From: an uncultured virus (IMG/VR IMGVR_UViG_3300006736_000006)
Lineage: Duplodnaviria; Heunggongvirae; Uroviricota; Caudoviricetes
IMG/VR virus record: IMGVR_UViG_3300006736_000006
Length of the DNA: 20,000 nt
Reading direction: 5' to 3' (one strand)
How positions within the stretch are numbered: the stretch's first letter is position 1; every line of letters starts with the position of its first letter. Positions 1 to 7,886 of the stretch are shown here, one piece after another. Under the pieces are notes generated by a model that was given only the letters and a program-made list of their open reading frames with translations, was not told the origin of the DNA and did not search any database. The position numbers and the translations under genes are program-made.

Positions 1-273
1 CCATCCAGCAACTGCTGGGATATGAACGGTATAGATTGCAGAGTGATCACCTAATAAAATTGTCTTTCCGCTGTGAGATGCAGATAGCATACAGTCAGCA
101 CCGCTGAAACCAGATGTTCCTGGAGATACGACAACTCTCTCCTGTAGCATTCCGCCGAGAGATTGTCCATTGAGCTTTACACTTTTCTTAAACGTTGTTG
201 TACTTTGAACATCTACACCAGAACCTGCCTCCTGGACAAGTCCCTTACCATCTGTAATTGTTACCTTTGGCAT
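1..273 (-). CDS. Hypothetical protein, possibly virion-associated; runs off the left edge (3'-truncated)
   Basis: Not in the ORF track. ATG at 273 with AAAGGAG 7 nt upstream (281-287). Frame is open to base 1: MPKVTITDGKGLVQEAGSGVDVQSTTTFKKSVKLNGQSLGGMLQERVVVSPGTSGFSGADCMLSASHSGKTILLGDHSAIYTVHIPAVAGW... Confidence 0.8.
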   Translation of the reverse strand, partial: MPKVTITDGKGLVQEAGSGVDVQSTTTFKKSVKLNGQSLGGMLQERVVVSPGTSGFSGADCMLSASHSGKTILLGDHSAIYTVHIPAVAGW

Positions 274-287
274 AATCTTTCTCCTTT

Positions 288-334
288 GTCCGCATGATTC
301 CAATTCGCCGGCGGGGTCGGTTGATTATATGAAC
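288..334 (-). promoter_or_regulatory. Putative structured 5' leader (hairpin with palindromic loop) directly upstream of the RBS
   Basis: On the minus strand GUUCAUAUAAU (334-324) pairs with AUCAUGCGGAC (298-288), 9 of 11 pairs including G-U. An inner CCGA/UUGG stem encloses a loop containing the palindrome CGCCGGCG (306-313). It is a GC-rich island in an AT-rich spacer. Confidence 0.4.
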
Positions 335-394
335 TGGGCCTAATACTACATATCCCTATGGGGTTAAAATATCATTATAAAGTAATATAATTAT

Positions 395-1705
395 CTAAAA
401 TCCAGCGATTACAGAAATTGCTATTAGTCCAGGCAACCTTTGCTTGACATACACGCCTGAAAATAATGTATCTGTCCTTCCCCCTACATAAGAAAAAGCT
501 GCTTCAAGGTTCTTGCTCACACCTGGATTAGATGCCATCTCAGGAGTAACTATTAACAGCATCACTCCTGTTGATGCTTTTCCAGCTGGAGCAGGGCATG
601 GAGATGATTTTAAGCATCCCTGATAGAGAATTGATCCCAAATCTTGTCTGTTTACATCTCTAGCAACTGTGCTTCCAATGACCATTCTTCCTGTCGTGCT
701 AAGCACTCTCTCAAGATCCTTGGAGTCAAATGATTGTATTGGAGACGTCTCATCTGCTAGCTTCAAAACTTGCCATAGCAGCTTTGCAAAATTTCTATTC
801 GCTGAGGGATATAGGTCAAGCATTCCGACCTTTCCCCTTAGCAGCTGAAGCTGTTTCTCATTATCAATCATGATGTGTGGATGAAGAGCAACGTCAGACA
901 TTAAAGATTCATAATTTGCTGCTATTGTAGGATTGAGCAATTCCTGAGCAGTCGGTCTTGTAACAATATATACTACCTGGCCCGCTGCCTCTACTGATCT
1001 GAGGTATCTATCAAATGCTCCACCTAGAATATTGGAAGCGCTTCCTGTTCCTCCGCCGCCGCCGGCAATAACAAAAAGCCAGTCTACCTTTCCTATTCTA
1101 GTTCGAATAGCATCTTCAACAAGCGCACTATTATTTTCCAAAACCTTCTTTCCAAGTGCTATGTCTTTACCGACTCCATCAGCACCAGGCAGCAAAAGAA
1201 AATGCTCAGCCGAGACTCCCTCTGGCTGATCCTTTACAGTTGTATTTATGAGAAGAGTCTTATTAAATCCAAGATCTAGAAATGCCTTGGCGAGTTTTCC
1301 TCCCCCACCGCCGATTCCAAGAAATGCACACTTAATTGCAGATGCGGCAGAATTTTCAGGAAGCATCCTTTCATCTGCGGTAACCGGATCATCATCGTAC
1401 GCTTCAACGAAATCAAAATCATCAAAATCACCCTCATCTACTACAGGTGATTCATATTGAGAATGTTCAGGTTCTTCTTGAACATTATGACCTTCATTTA
1501 TCTGTGTGTCTGTATCTTGGTTACTCATTTGGGGCTCCTGTATTTCTTGTGGAGGCTGTCGTTGATCTTTTAACTCATTCGCAACATCCTTTAATGTCTC
1601 CTTGGCTGCTTGCTGGTAAAAGCTATCATTTACATCTGACATTATCTTATTATCCTCTTGTTGTTCATCTGCATAGAAAAAACTCGTCTTTATAGAGCTT
1701 GTCAT
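395..1705 (-). CDS. Tubulin/FtsZ-family GTPase (divergent, PhuZ/TubZ/CetZ-like) with an acidic N-terminal extension
   Basis: FLGIGGGGGK (T1 loop), LINT, GADGVGKD (T3), AGGGGGTGS tubulin signature (1040-1066), P..QE, IDNE, SFDSKDL (T7-like DxxD). An alternative start is ATG 1642 (MSDVND), with GAGGA 10 nt upstream. Confidence 0.9.
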   Translation of the reverse strand: MTSSIKTSFFYADEQQEDNKIMSDVNDSFYQQAAKETLKDVANELKDQRQPPQEIQEPQMSNQDTDTQINEGHNVQEEPEHSQYESPVVDEGDFDDFDFVEAYDDDPVTADERMLPENSAASAIKCAFLGIGGGGGKLAKAFLDLGFNKTLLINTTVKDQPEGVSAEHFLLLPGADGVGKDIALGKKVLENNSALVEDAIRTRIGKVDWLFVIAGGGGGTGSASNILGGAFDRYLRSVEAAGQVVYIVTRPTAQELLNPTIAANYESLMSDVALHPHIMIDNEKQLQLLRGKVGMLDLYPSANRNFAKLLWQVLKLADETSPIQSFDSKDLERVLSTTGRMVIGSTVARDVNRQDLGSILYQGCLKSSPCPAPAGKASTGVMLLIVTPEMASNPGVSKNLEAAFSYVGGRTDTLFSGVYVKQRLPGLIAISVIAGF

Positions 1706-1733
1706 GACATATATTACTCATTATTCCACATTT

Positions 1734-1741
1734 ATAAATAT
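1734..1741 (-). promoter_or_regulatory. Putative late-promoter motif ATATTTAT upstream of the tubulin gene
   Basis: Lies just downstream of the capsid terminator. Related 8-mers occur at 346-353, 5291-5298, 6759-6766 and 12779-12786, all intergenic and upstream of minus-strand genes. Confidence 0.4.
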
Positions 1742-1763
1742 CTAGCTGACAAACATCTATCAC

Positions 1764-1798
1764 AAATAAAAAAGGGGCGCCTCTATGAGGCGCCCCTT
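1764..1798 (-). terminator. Rho-independent terminator after the major capsid gene
   Basis: Perfect 12-bp inverted repeat AAGGGGCGCCTC-tat-GAGGCGCCCCTT (1772-1798) running into a T-rich tract (TTTTTTATTT) on the minus strand, 23 nt after the capsid stop codon. Confidence 0.92.
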
Positions 1799-1821
1799 AG
1801 TAGCTCATCTCTAAGGATATC

Positions 1822-3795
1822 TTAGATTATGTTAAGATCAAGAACCGTTACTGTTCCGTAGAAGTCAGCACGAACCATCTTCTTACCATACCGAGTCATC
1901 ACGCCCTTGCGAGGTGTGAAGTCTTCGGGGGCGAAGATAGTAGGAGTGACGATCAACGGCACGTAAGGTGCGTAGACATATCCTGTCTCAAGGTAGCTTC
2001 CACCCTTGTATCCAACTAGGACCTTATTCCGTGGGAAATAGGGATCCTTGTAAACCGTGAAACGGTTACTTAGGGAACCAATGGGTGTCGCACCAAGCGA
2101 GAATGGATTACTTGTCTGACCAGATCCATCAATAGTGATGTTGGGCTTGTAGAGCACCGAAGCCTCAAAGATCGTTGCGACCTCCGGGGAGCAAACCACG
2201 AAGTTAGCAGAACCTCTAAGGGTCTTACGGTGAATCTCATTAGCAACATCGATGATGGTCTCAACAAGAGTCTCATACCACTCACGAACTGTACCAGTGA
2301 ACTGAGGACCTGAAGCTAATGTGCTGGCCTTTGTTGCCTCAGCTGCAGTCTTCTTGTTAACGAACTTACCAGGCATACGTGACCAGTAGTAGTTAGCACC
2401 TCTCGCCTCTGTGAGAAGATCATTGAGAATCTCACGATCAATCTCTAGTGCGATCTGCTCGGAAAGGATCTGAGTTAACTCAACCTCAGCGTCAAGGCTG
2501 TGGTATGCGTTAAGATCCTGTGCGAGTTCCGGTGACCAACGAGCACGTAGCTTACGAGTCGCGGCTGTAACTGCGATTGACTCAATCTTGATGTCAATCT
2601 CAGGAATGACCGGACTTGGTGTAGCTGCGAAGTTAGACTCAAAGGTCGGAATCGTCAACACATCACCATCTGTACTATTAACACCAAGGTTAGGTGCCAG
2701 TGCATATGATGCAGTGAGGTCGGTAGACCCGTTCGCCGCTGTAGAGGGACCTGCATACGTTCCTGATACGACCATTAACAGTGCCGCATTGGCTGTTGCT
2801 GTCGTAACCAATGGTTGGGACGTGAACTGTCCACCCGAGTACGTTCCAAGCTGGTTGAGACGTCTAAGGTTAAGCACGTTCTTTCCACCCTGCCACTCAT
2901 CAGACAGAGCTGCAATAGAGTCTGCCAAGTTTGTGGGAGAGCTTTGGTTACTACCACCTGTGTTAGTTCTACTTGCTGAGAACAATGTGATGTCCTTTGC
3001 ATTAGTAAGATCAAGACCAGAAACACCACTAAGATCTGTGAGATCAAAGATTAAGAACTGGAATCGACCACTGCCAACACCTGAGGTATCTCCCTCGATC
3101 TTCGTAGTGACCTGTGGATCAAACTGAAGGTGACGTCCATCACTTCCTGTTGCAGCAGCAAGACGACCACTCTGTAACGAGGCATTACCCTGCCACGCAC
3201 CAGATGCTAGAAGTGTTAGTCTACTATTAGCAGAGGTTCCACTGATTGTCTTGTGAACCTTAGAGTAGGTAGCACCAACTAGATCATACTGACCACCGGT
3301 TGCGAGTGATCCTGATCGGACACCTTTACCTGTGGGGTTGTTATAGATTGATGTTCCCTTCTGATAGGTCTCAGCAGCAGCAGTGCCCTCAGTTCCGTCT
3401 GTGAGACTTGCATCACCACCGACGTTATCACCGTAGGTGTAATCCAGATAGAAGAGCAGACCAGAAGGAAGGCTCATTGGCTGAATAGAAACAAGCTCGT
3501 TGGATACGAGACCACCGAAGACACGACGAACGATCGGGAATGCGATATTTGTGAAGCCTCTGACGTCGCCAGAGGAGGCGAGGTTACCGCCACCTGTTGA
3601 TAGAGAGTTTTGCTCTCTCAGGAGCTGAGCAGCCTGATTTTCAAGAAGTCGAGACATGGTCTCCCGACCATGATCATGCAGGCCTCGAAGAAGTCCTGTT
3701 CGGGACCACTTTTCGACCAGTCGCATACCTTCAGCACCAATATTTCTATCTCTGATGCCTTCAGTAAGCTGATTTAGTGTGAATGACTTTGCCAT
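1822..3795 (-). CDS. gp23: Major capsid protein, T4 gp23-like, with a large internal insertion
   Basis: gp23 motifs LLENQ, FPIVRRVF, VSIQPMSLPSGLLFYL, VTAATRKLRARWSPELAQDLNAYHSLDAEVELTQILSEQIALEIDREI, GYKG, YAPYVPL, FTPRKGVMTRYG. SD AGGAG upstream. Confidence 0.97.
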   Translation of the reverse strand: MAKSFTLNQLTEGIRDRNIGAEGMRLVEKWSRTGLLRGLHDHGRETMSRLLENQAAQLLREQNSLSTGGGNLASSGDVRGFTNIAFPIVRRVFGGLVSNELVSIQPMSLPSGLLFYLDYTYGDNVGGDASLTDGTEGTAAAETYQKGTSIYNNPTGKGVRSGSLATGGQYDLVGATYSKVHKTISGTSANSRLTLLASGAWQGNASLQSGRLAAATGSDGRHLQFDPQVTTKIEGDTSGVGSGRFQFLIFDLTDLSGVSGLDLTNAKDITLFSASRTNTGGSNQSSPTNLADSIAALSDEWQGGKNVLNLRRLNQLGTYSGGQFTSQPLVTTATANAALLMVVSGTYAGPSTAANGSTDLTASYALAPNLGVNSTDGDVLTIPTFESNFAATPSPVIPEIDIKIESIAVTAATRKLRARWSPELAQDLNAYHSLDAEVELTQILSEQIALEIDREILNDLLTEARGANYYWSRMPGKFVNKKTAAEATKASTLASGPQFTGTVREWYETLVETIIDVANEIHRKTLRGSANFVVCSPEVATIFEASVLYKPNITIDGSGQTSNPFSLGATPIGSLSNRFTVYKDPYFPRNKVLVGYKGGSYLETGYVYAPYVPLIVTPTIFAPEDFTPRKGVMTRYGKKMVRADFYGTVTVLDLNII

Positions 3796-3832
3796 TTTTA
3801 TTTTTCTCCTATAATGCAGTTAATGATAAAAT

Positions 3833-5272
3833 TCACTTGATTCCGGCTAGCGTCGCCCATCTATTCACCTGATCGTCAGCTGAGTTGGCCGAAGACCGCC
3901 CAGTGACCTTAGAAGATGATCCGATAGCTCTGCGAACCGAAGATTCATTCATTGATCCTGACTTGCCCTTATCAAAGGATTCCGTCAGGCTCCTGTAAAG
4001 TAGCTTTACTTCTCTCAAGCTTCTAGCATTGTCAATGGACTCAACAACCGACTTTCTCTGAGCCGGTGTTATTTCCTTGCTTTGCAGAAGCTTATTTACA
4101 TAAAGAAGCTTAGCATTAAACAGGTTTAGATCTGTCAACTGCTCACGAAGTGTTTCAACAGCACCTCTGTATTCCTTGAGCCTCACCGAGAGAGATCGAT
4201 TATTACGTCTCTCATTTCTAAGTTGTTCTGAAAGAACATTTAACTTAACTTGTAGAGGATCCTTTCCAGGTTTTCCTCCTCCGAAATCTGCGCCTCTTGG
4301 CATCTTACCACCAGAGCCGCCATAAGAATTCTTTACACCAGACTTTCCAGAGCCTTTTCCGCCCCAGCTATCTTGCATGTCGCTCTTTATTCCCTTAATC
4401 TTTGTGAGATCCTTGGCTTCAGAAAGATGCTGTCTGAGACGAACTAGCTCGCTACGAAGAATCTTTTCGTCGATCTCAAATACTTCATCAAGACCTTCAA
4501 AATCCTCCAGCTCAATATCCACCTCTTCTTCTTCTTCAGGAGCCTCTGCAGCCTCAAGATCTTCTTCAGACTCCTCTTCCTCTTCTTCGACTACTCGAAT
4601 AGTAGGCATGAGGTCCTCTGGAATCTCGAGATCACCTAAGTCTATCTCTAGCCTTGCCTCATCAAGACTATTAAGTCCTAGCATTGACATAATTTCCTTG
4701 ATTTCTTGTGCCTCTGCTTTATCAATTGCATCCATGTTATCTCCAGATTTGAGCGTCTCTAGCTCAGAAAGATCAATTTCGTAAAGATTGTCATCATTCT
4801 TAGACGACAAATCATTGTTTGGATTATCATCCATATGACTACTTATTCTCTGTGAATCAAAAAGATCATCACTTTCACTAAGTTTATCAGCCATTTTTAA
4901 AAGTTTTTCTCGACTGTCGCCGTCGAGTTCAGATATTGATTCTTTAATTGCATCCCTAACTACGTCCTTGTCAGACACGCTCTTGAAATCATCAGCTCCA
5001 AAAAGATTCAATAATGCAGACATTGCACTATCATCTAAAATAACTTCACTATTAGATTCTGAAAGATCTGATCCAACTATCTCAGAGGCAACGTCCTGTA
5101 ATACATCTTCATTTGAACCATCATCAGAGGACTCTCCAATTAACTGCTCTTCTATAAACTCTCTTATCTTTGGAGTAACTGCTTCAATAATAGCATTTTT
5201 GGCATTCTTTTCCGCTGTATCTCTTAACAGCTTCGCCTCTGCTATCGCTTCCTCATAAAGAGATTTTGACAT
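3833..5272 (-). CDS. Prohead core/scaffolding protein (gp22 position)
   Basis: Immediately upstream of the capsid gene. Very acidic, with a C-terminal coiled coil (LREQLTDLNLFNAKLLY), a terminal RWATLAGIK and many L/I-x-E motifs. Start moved from 5290 to ATG 5272 (MSKSLYEE) because GAGGA lies 7 nt upstream. Confidence 0.75.
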   Translation of the reverse strand: MSKSLYEEAIAEAKLLRDTAEKNAKNAIIEAVTPKIREFIEEQLIGESSDDGSNEDVLQDVASEIVGSDLSESNSEVILDDSAMSALLNLFGADDFKSVSDKDVVRDAIKESISELDGDSREKLLKMADKLSESDDLFDSQRISSHMDDNPNNDLSSKNDDNLYEIDLSELETLKSGDNMDAIDKAEAQEIKEIMSMLGLNSLDEARLEIDLGDLEIPEDLMPTIRVVEEEEEESEEDLEAAEAPEEEEEVDIELEDFEGLDEVFEIDEKILRSELVRLRQHLSEAKDLTKIKGIKSDMQDSWGGKGSGKSGVKNSYGGSGGKMPRGADFGGGKPGKDPLQVKLNVLSEQLRNERRNNRSLSVRLKEYRGAVETLREQLTDLNLFNAKLLYVNKLLQSKEITPAQRKSVVESIDNARSLREVKLLYRSLTESFDKGKSGSMNESSVRRAIGSSSKVTGRSSANSADDQVNRWATLAGIK

Positions 5273-5297
5273 TATTGATCCTCTTCTCAATTAAATA

Positions 5298-5981
5298 TTA
5301 TGTATTTTGTGAATTTGCATGTAGCGTTTCATCAATTTTATTGAAAAGCCTAAGCAATCTAATTCTCTGCCTTAAAATAGATCTCTCTGTGGGATCGAGA
5401 TTAAAAATATCGTCCCATCCCATATTCTCTAAATCTTCATCTTCTAAATAGTCAATGGGTGCTCTAGAACTACCATACTGTGTTCCGGCACCGCCCACTT
5501 TTCCTGGACCAGTTGTATTAAATGCTTGACCTGCACCTCCAGTTCCAAGCGGAGGACCATCAAATCCATTTGGATACAATGTTCTATGAGAAAATGGAGC
5601 TATTCCACTCATCACAGCCGGCATATTATCAGACTCAGAAAGGTTTCCTATATCCCATCTCTGGAGACCAACCATGCTCCCCCTGTCTGCAGATCCTCTT
5701 CTTCCGACCTGCGGGTCTATTGCAAGGCGATCTCTACCAGTAACTGCGCTAACCTTTGATATTAATTCCATCTCATCTTCATCGATATCCTCAATAAAAT
5801 CATCCTCATATTCTTCATATGAAGTTGGCATCTTATATATTCCTGTTTCTGCCCAGCCCATAGATGTCTCTGACCCTAGACCTGTCCCAAAGCTAGGAAT
5901 TTTTTGTCCCTTTCCATAGCCATGACCTATCCTTTGATCAGAATTTGCAGTTGAAGGATTATAGTAAAGTCTGGTTGCCAA
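5298..5981 (-). CDS. Hypothetical Gly/acidic low-complexity protein in the head module
   Basis: 227-aa ORF with TTG start preceded by AGGGGA, tightly packed and co-oriented with neighbours. Confidence 0.75.
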   Translation of the reverse strand: MATRLYYNPSTANSDQRIGHGYGKGQKIPSFGTGLGSETSMGWAETGIYKMPTSYEEYEDDFIEDIDEDEMELISKVSAVTGRDRLAIDPQVGRRGSADRGSMVGLQRWDIGNLSESDNMPAVMSGIAPFSHRTLYPNGFDGPPLGTGGAGQAFNTTGPGKVGGAGTQYGSSRAPIDYLEDEDLENMGWDDIFNLDPTERSILRQRIRLLRLFNKIDETLHANSQNT

Positions 5982-5986
5982 AGAAA

Positions 5987-6478
5987 TTATCCCCTACCGT
6001 CAGATCCCTGATACGACCTTCCAGAAATATAATCACCCAACTTTTGGTCTGCTATATTTTCTGAAGTCTTAGAGGGAGATACTGTTCCTCCTAGTCCAGA
6101 CCCGAACTCTGGAGCAGATCCATCCGGTAGTTCTCCTGTATATTCTGGTTGATCAGCAGGAAATACGCTTCCTGGACCGGGAGATGAAAGATTTGGAACG
6201 TATGGAGAGGCAGGCTTTCCTCCGCCTCCTGTTTCAACATCTGATAGATCAGGTGCATTAGAAAAATCTCTATTAAATGAATTTAATCCCAGACCTCCCA
6301 CAACCGTTCCATCTAGTGCTAGTTCTTGAAAAACTTCTTTTCTTTCATCGTCATTTACATCACCAGCGTAAATTGGAGATGCTGAAAATGATGCTCGTAA
6401 ATTTATACCGTTTCTAGATCCGTATGGCTTATCATCAGATGCAGCCGGTTCAACTATTGTCTGTGGTTGGTCAGCCAT
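5987..6478 (-). CDS. Hypothetical Pro/Gly/Ser/Asp-rich protein, possibly a head-associated structural protein
   Basis: 163 aa, ATG with AAGGA SD, motif PASPYVPNLSSPGPGS, 1-nt gap to the upstream gene. Confidence 0.8.
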   Translation of the reverse strand: MADQPQTIVEPAASDDKPYGSRNGINLRASFSASPIYAGDVNDDERKEVFQELALDGTVVGGLGLNSFNRDFSNAPDLSDVETGGGGKPASPYVPNLSSPGPGSVFPADQPEYTGELPDGSAPEFGSGLGGTVSPSKTSENIADQKLGDYISGRSYQGSDGRG

Positions 6479-6479
6479 T

Positions 6480-6731
6480 CTATAATTCCTTTAAAAGTCT
6501 TATTTTGAGAATATTTCTAGCTTTTGTAATTCTGTTTGCTCTTCTACGAAGCGTAGATTCTCTTAGGCCAAGAGCTTTAACATAATCAATTTTATTAACT
6601 AGGTTGTCACCACCCGCCCACGCATCATCAACAGTGTCAGAGGATAACAATCCCTCTTTTTCTAATTTCTTCTTTTCTTCGATAACTATTTTTCTAAGAA
6701 CAGCCGGTGTTAATGTAGTGTGTCTTGACAT
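6480..6731 (-). CDS. Small hypothetical head-module protein
   Basis: ATG 6731 (MSRHTTLTPAVLRKIVIEE) with GGAG upstream; contains DAWAGGDNLVNKIDY and a basic C-terminal helix. Confidence 0.75.
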   Translation of the reverse strand: MSRHTTLTPAVLRKIVIEEKKKLEKEGLLSSDTVDDAWAGGDNLVNKIDYVKALGLRESTLRRRANRITKARNILKIRLLKEL

Positions 6732-6794
6732 ATGATCTCTCCACAAAGTGTCTCAATCATACATATTATGTAATGAAAGAATTAGCTACTCACA

Positions 6795-7268
6795 TTAAGA
6801 TCTTTTTGCTGTCGTAGCGAACGCTAAATCTGCCCATTTTTGTGCAGACTCACCGAATAATTCCTGCGGGTCTGATTTAGATGCTACCACAGCTGCTACA
6901 TCTCCGGATGCAGCAGTTGGTAGAGATGATCCCCCGGGTCCTGGCCTCTCAGCTCCTGCCTGTTCTTGCAGTGTCGTCATTGCAGTATCAGCCAGTATCG
7001 ACGATAAGACTGGATCGGCTGTCATACTTCTTGTCGTTTCTCTTATATTTTTTTCAAAATTAGGATTTGGAATTTCATCTTTTTGTGAAGTCTTATTATA
7101 AACTATATTATCAAGCCCAGCTCTTCTATTCACGCTCTGGCTTCTAGATTCGGATCTTACTGATTCTGATATCTGTACCTCTCTATGCTCTCCGATTCCT
7201 TCGCTTAATATCTCTATTAGGCATTCCTTTACTATTCCCTTTAATTTACTTCTAGCAGCTCTAGACAT
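6795..7268 (-). CDS. Hypothetical protein downstream of the prohead protease (possible core protein)
   Basis: ATG 7268 with AGGT upstream (TTG 7271 is an alternative). Motifs LKGIVKECLIEILSEG, ISE-S and KWADLAF. Confidence 0.8.
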   Translation of the reverse strand: MSRAARSKLKGIVKECLIEILSEGIGEHREVQISESVRSESRSQSVNRRAGLDNIVYNKTSQKDEIPNPNFEKNIRETTRSMTADPVLSSILADTAMTTLQEQAGAERPGPGGSSLPTAASGDVAAVVASKSDPQELFGESAQKWADLAFATTAKRS

Positions 7269-7277
7269 CAAATTTAC

Positions 7278-7886
7278 CTACCACGACAATATATCATTAA
7301 AAATTCTATCTATTTTATCTGTTTTGGTAAAATTTTTATCAACATCACCGGGGTTTATAGTCTTTCCTTCACTTATCATAAATGCTCCAGGTGTAGAGGG
7401 TTCACTAACCATATCAAAACAAATCAATTGAAAATCTTCCTGGACAACCTGCCTATCTCCGTCGTTTCTAGTAGAGCCCACACCTCTAGAAGAAATTCCA
7501 AGTGTTACACCAGATTCAACGAGACTTTGAAGTATTTGTCCAGCGGGTGTATTAAGTAGCTCAACATGCCCAACAACAGAATCACCCTCTATGTGTGCTT
7601 CTCGGACTATATGTGAAACATTTTTCAGTTCTACCACCGAGGAATCCGGATGATCACATTCACCGAGCGCTCGATTCTCTTTAATAAATTTTTGATAATT
7701 TAGCATCTCTCGCTCTAATATAGATCTGGGATAAACCCTTCCATTCTGATTTAAAGTGTCACATTTTTGTAATACACCTCTTAGAACTATCTTTCCATCG
7801 TTTTTTTCACGAGACTCTTTAATCATATTAGATGTATAAGATAGAGGAGTCCACTCAGTCAAAAGTTTTAATTTAAAATCACTCAT
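7278..7886 (-). CDS. gp21: Prohead core protease, T4 gp21-like
   Basis: GVLQ..DTLNQNGRVYP, ALGECDHP (catalytic His), LGISSRGVGS (catalytic Ser), FDMVSEPS. SD GGGAGG. Confidence 0.95.
   Translation of the reverse strand: MSDFKLKLLTEWTPLSYTSNMIKESREKNDGKIVLRGVLQKCDTLNQNGRVYPRSILEREMLNYQKFIKENRALGECDHPDSSVVELKNVSHIVREAHIEGDSVVGHVELLNTPAGQILQSLVESGVTLGISSRGVGSTRNDGDRQVVQEDFQLICFDMVSEPSTPGAFMISEGKTINPGDVDKNFTKTDKIDRIFNDILSW

Noticed and set aside
374..379. Perfect TATAAT -10 box on the minus strand upstream of the leftmost gene
   Set aside because: No -35 element at the right spacing (GATTTT) and the spacer is very AT-rich, so a chance match is likely.
395..1705. Host chromosomal ftsZ, implying a prophage boundary or cellular DNA
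   Set aside because: No dcw-cluster neighbours (ftsA, ftsQ, lpxC), no canonical NxDFAD T7 loop or C-terminal peptide, and the gene is embedded among phage genes.
1733..1740. Exact T4 late promoter TATAAATA on the plus strand
   Set aside because: It points away from the tubulin gene and into the terminator with no plus-strand gene to drive. It is better explained as the reverse reading of the minus-strand ATATTTAT motif, though antisense transcription cannot be excluded.
1822..3795. Higher GC in the capsid gene as evidence of horizontal transfer or an intein/intron
   Set aside because: Explained by Gly/Ala/Thr content and high-expression codon bias. There are no intein splice or LAGLIDADG motifs and the frame is continuous.
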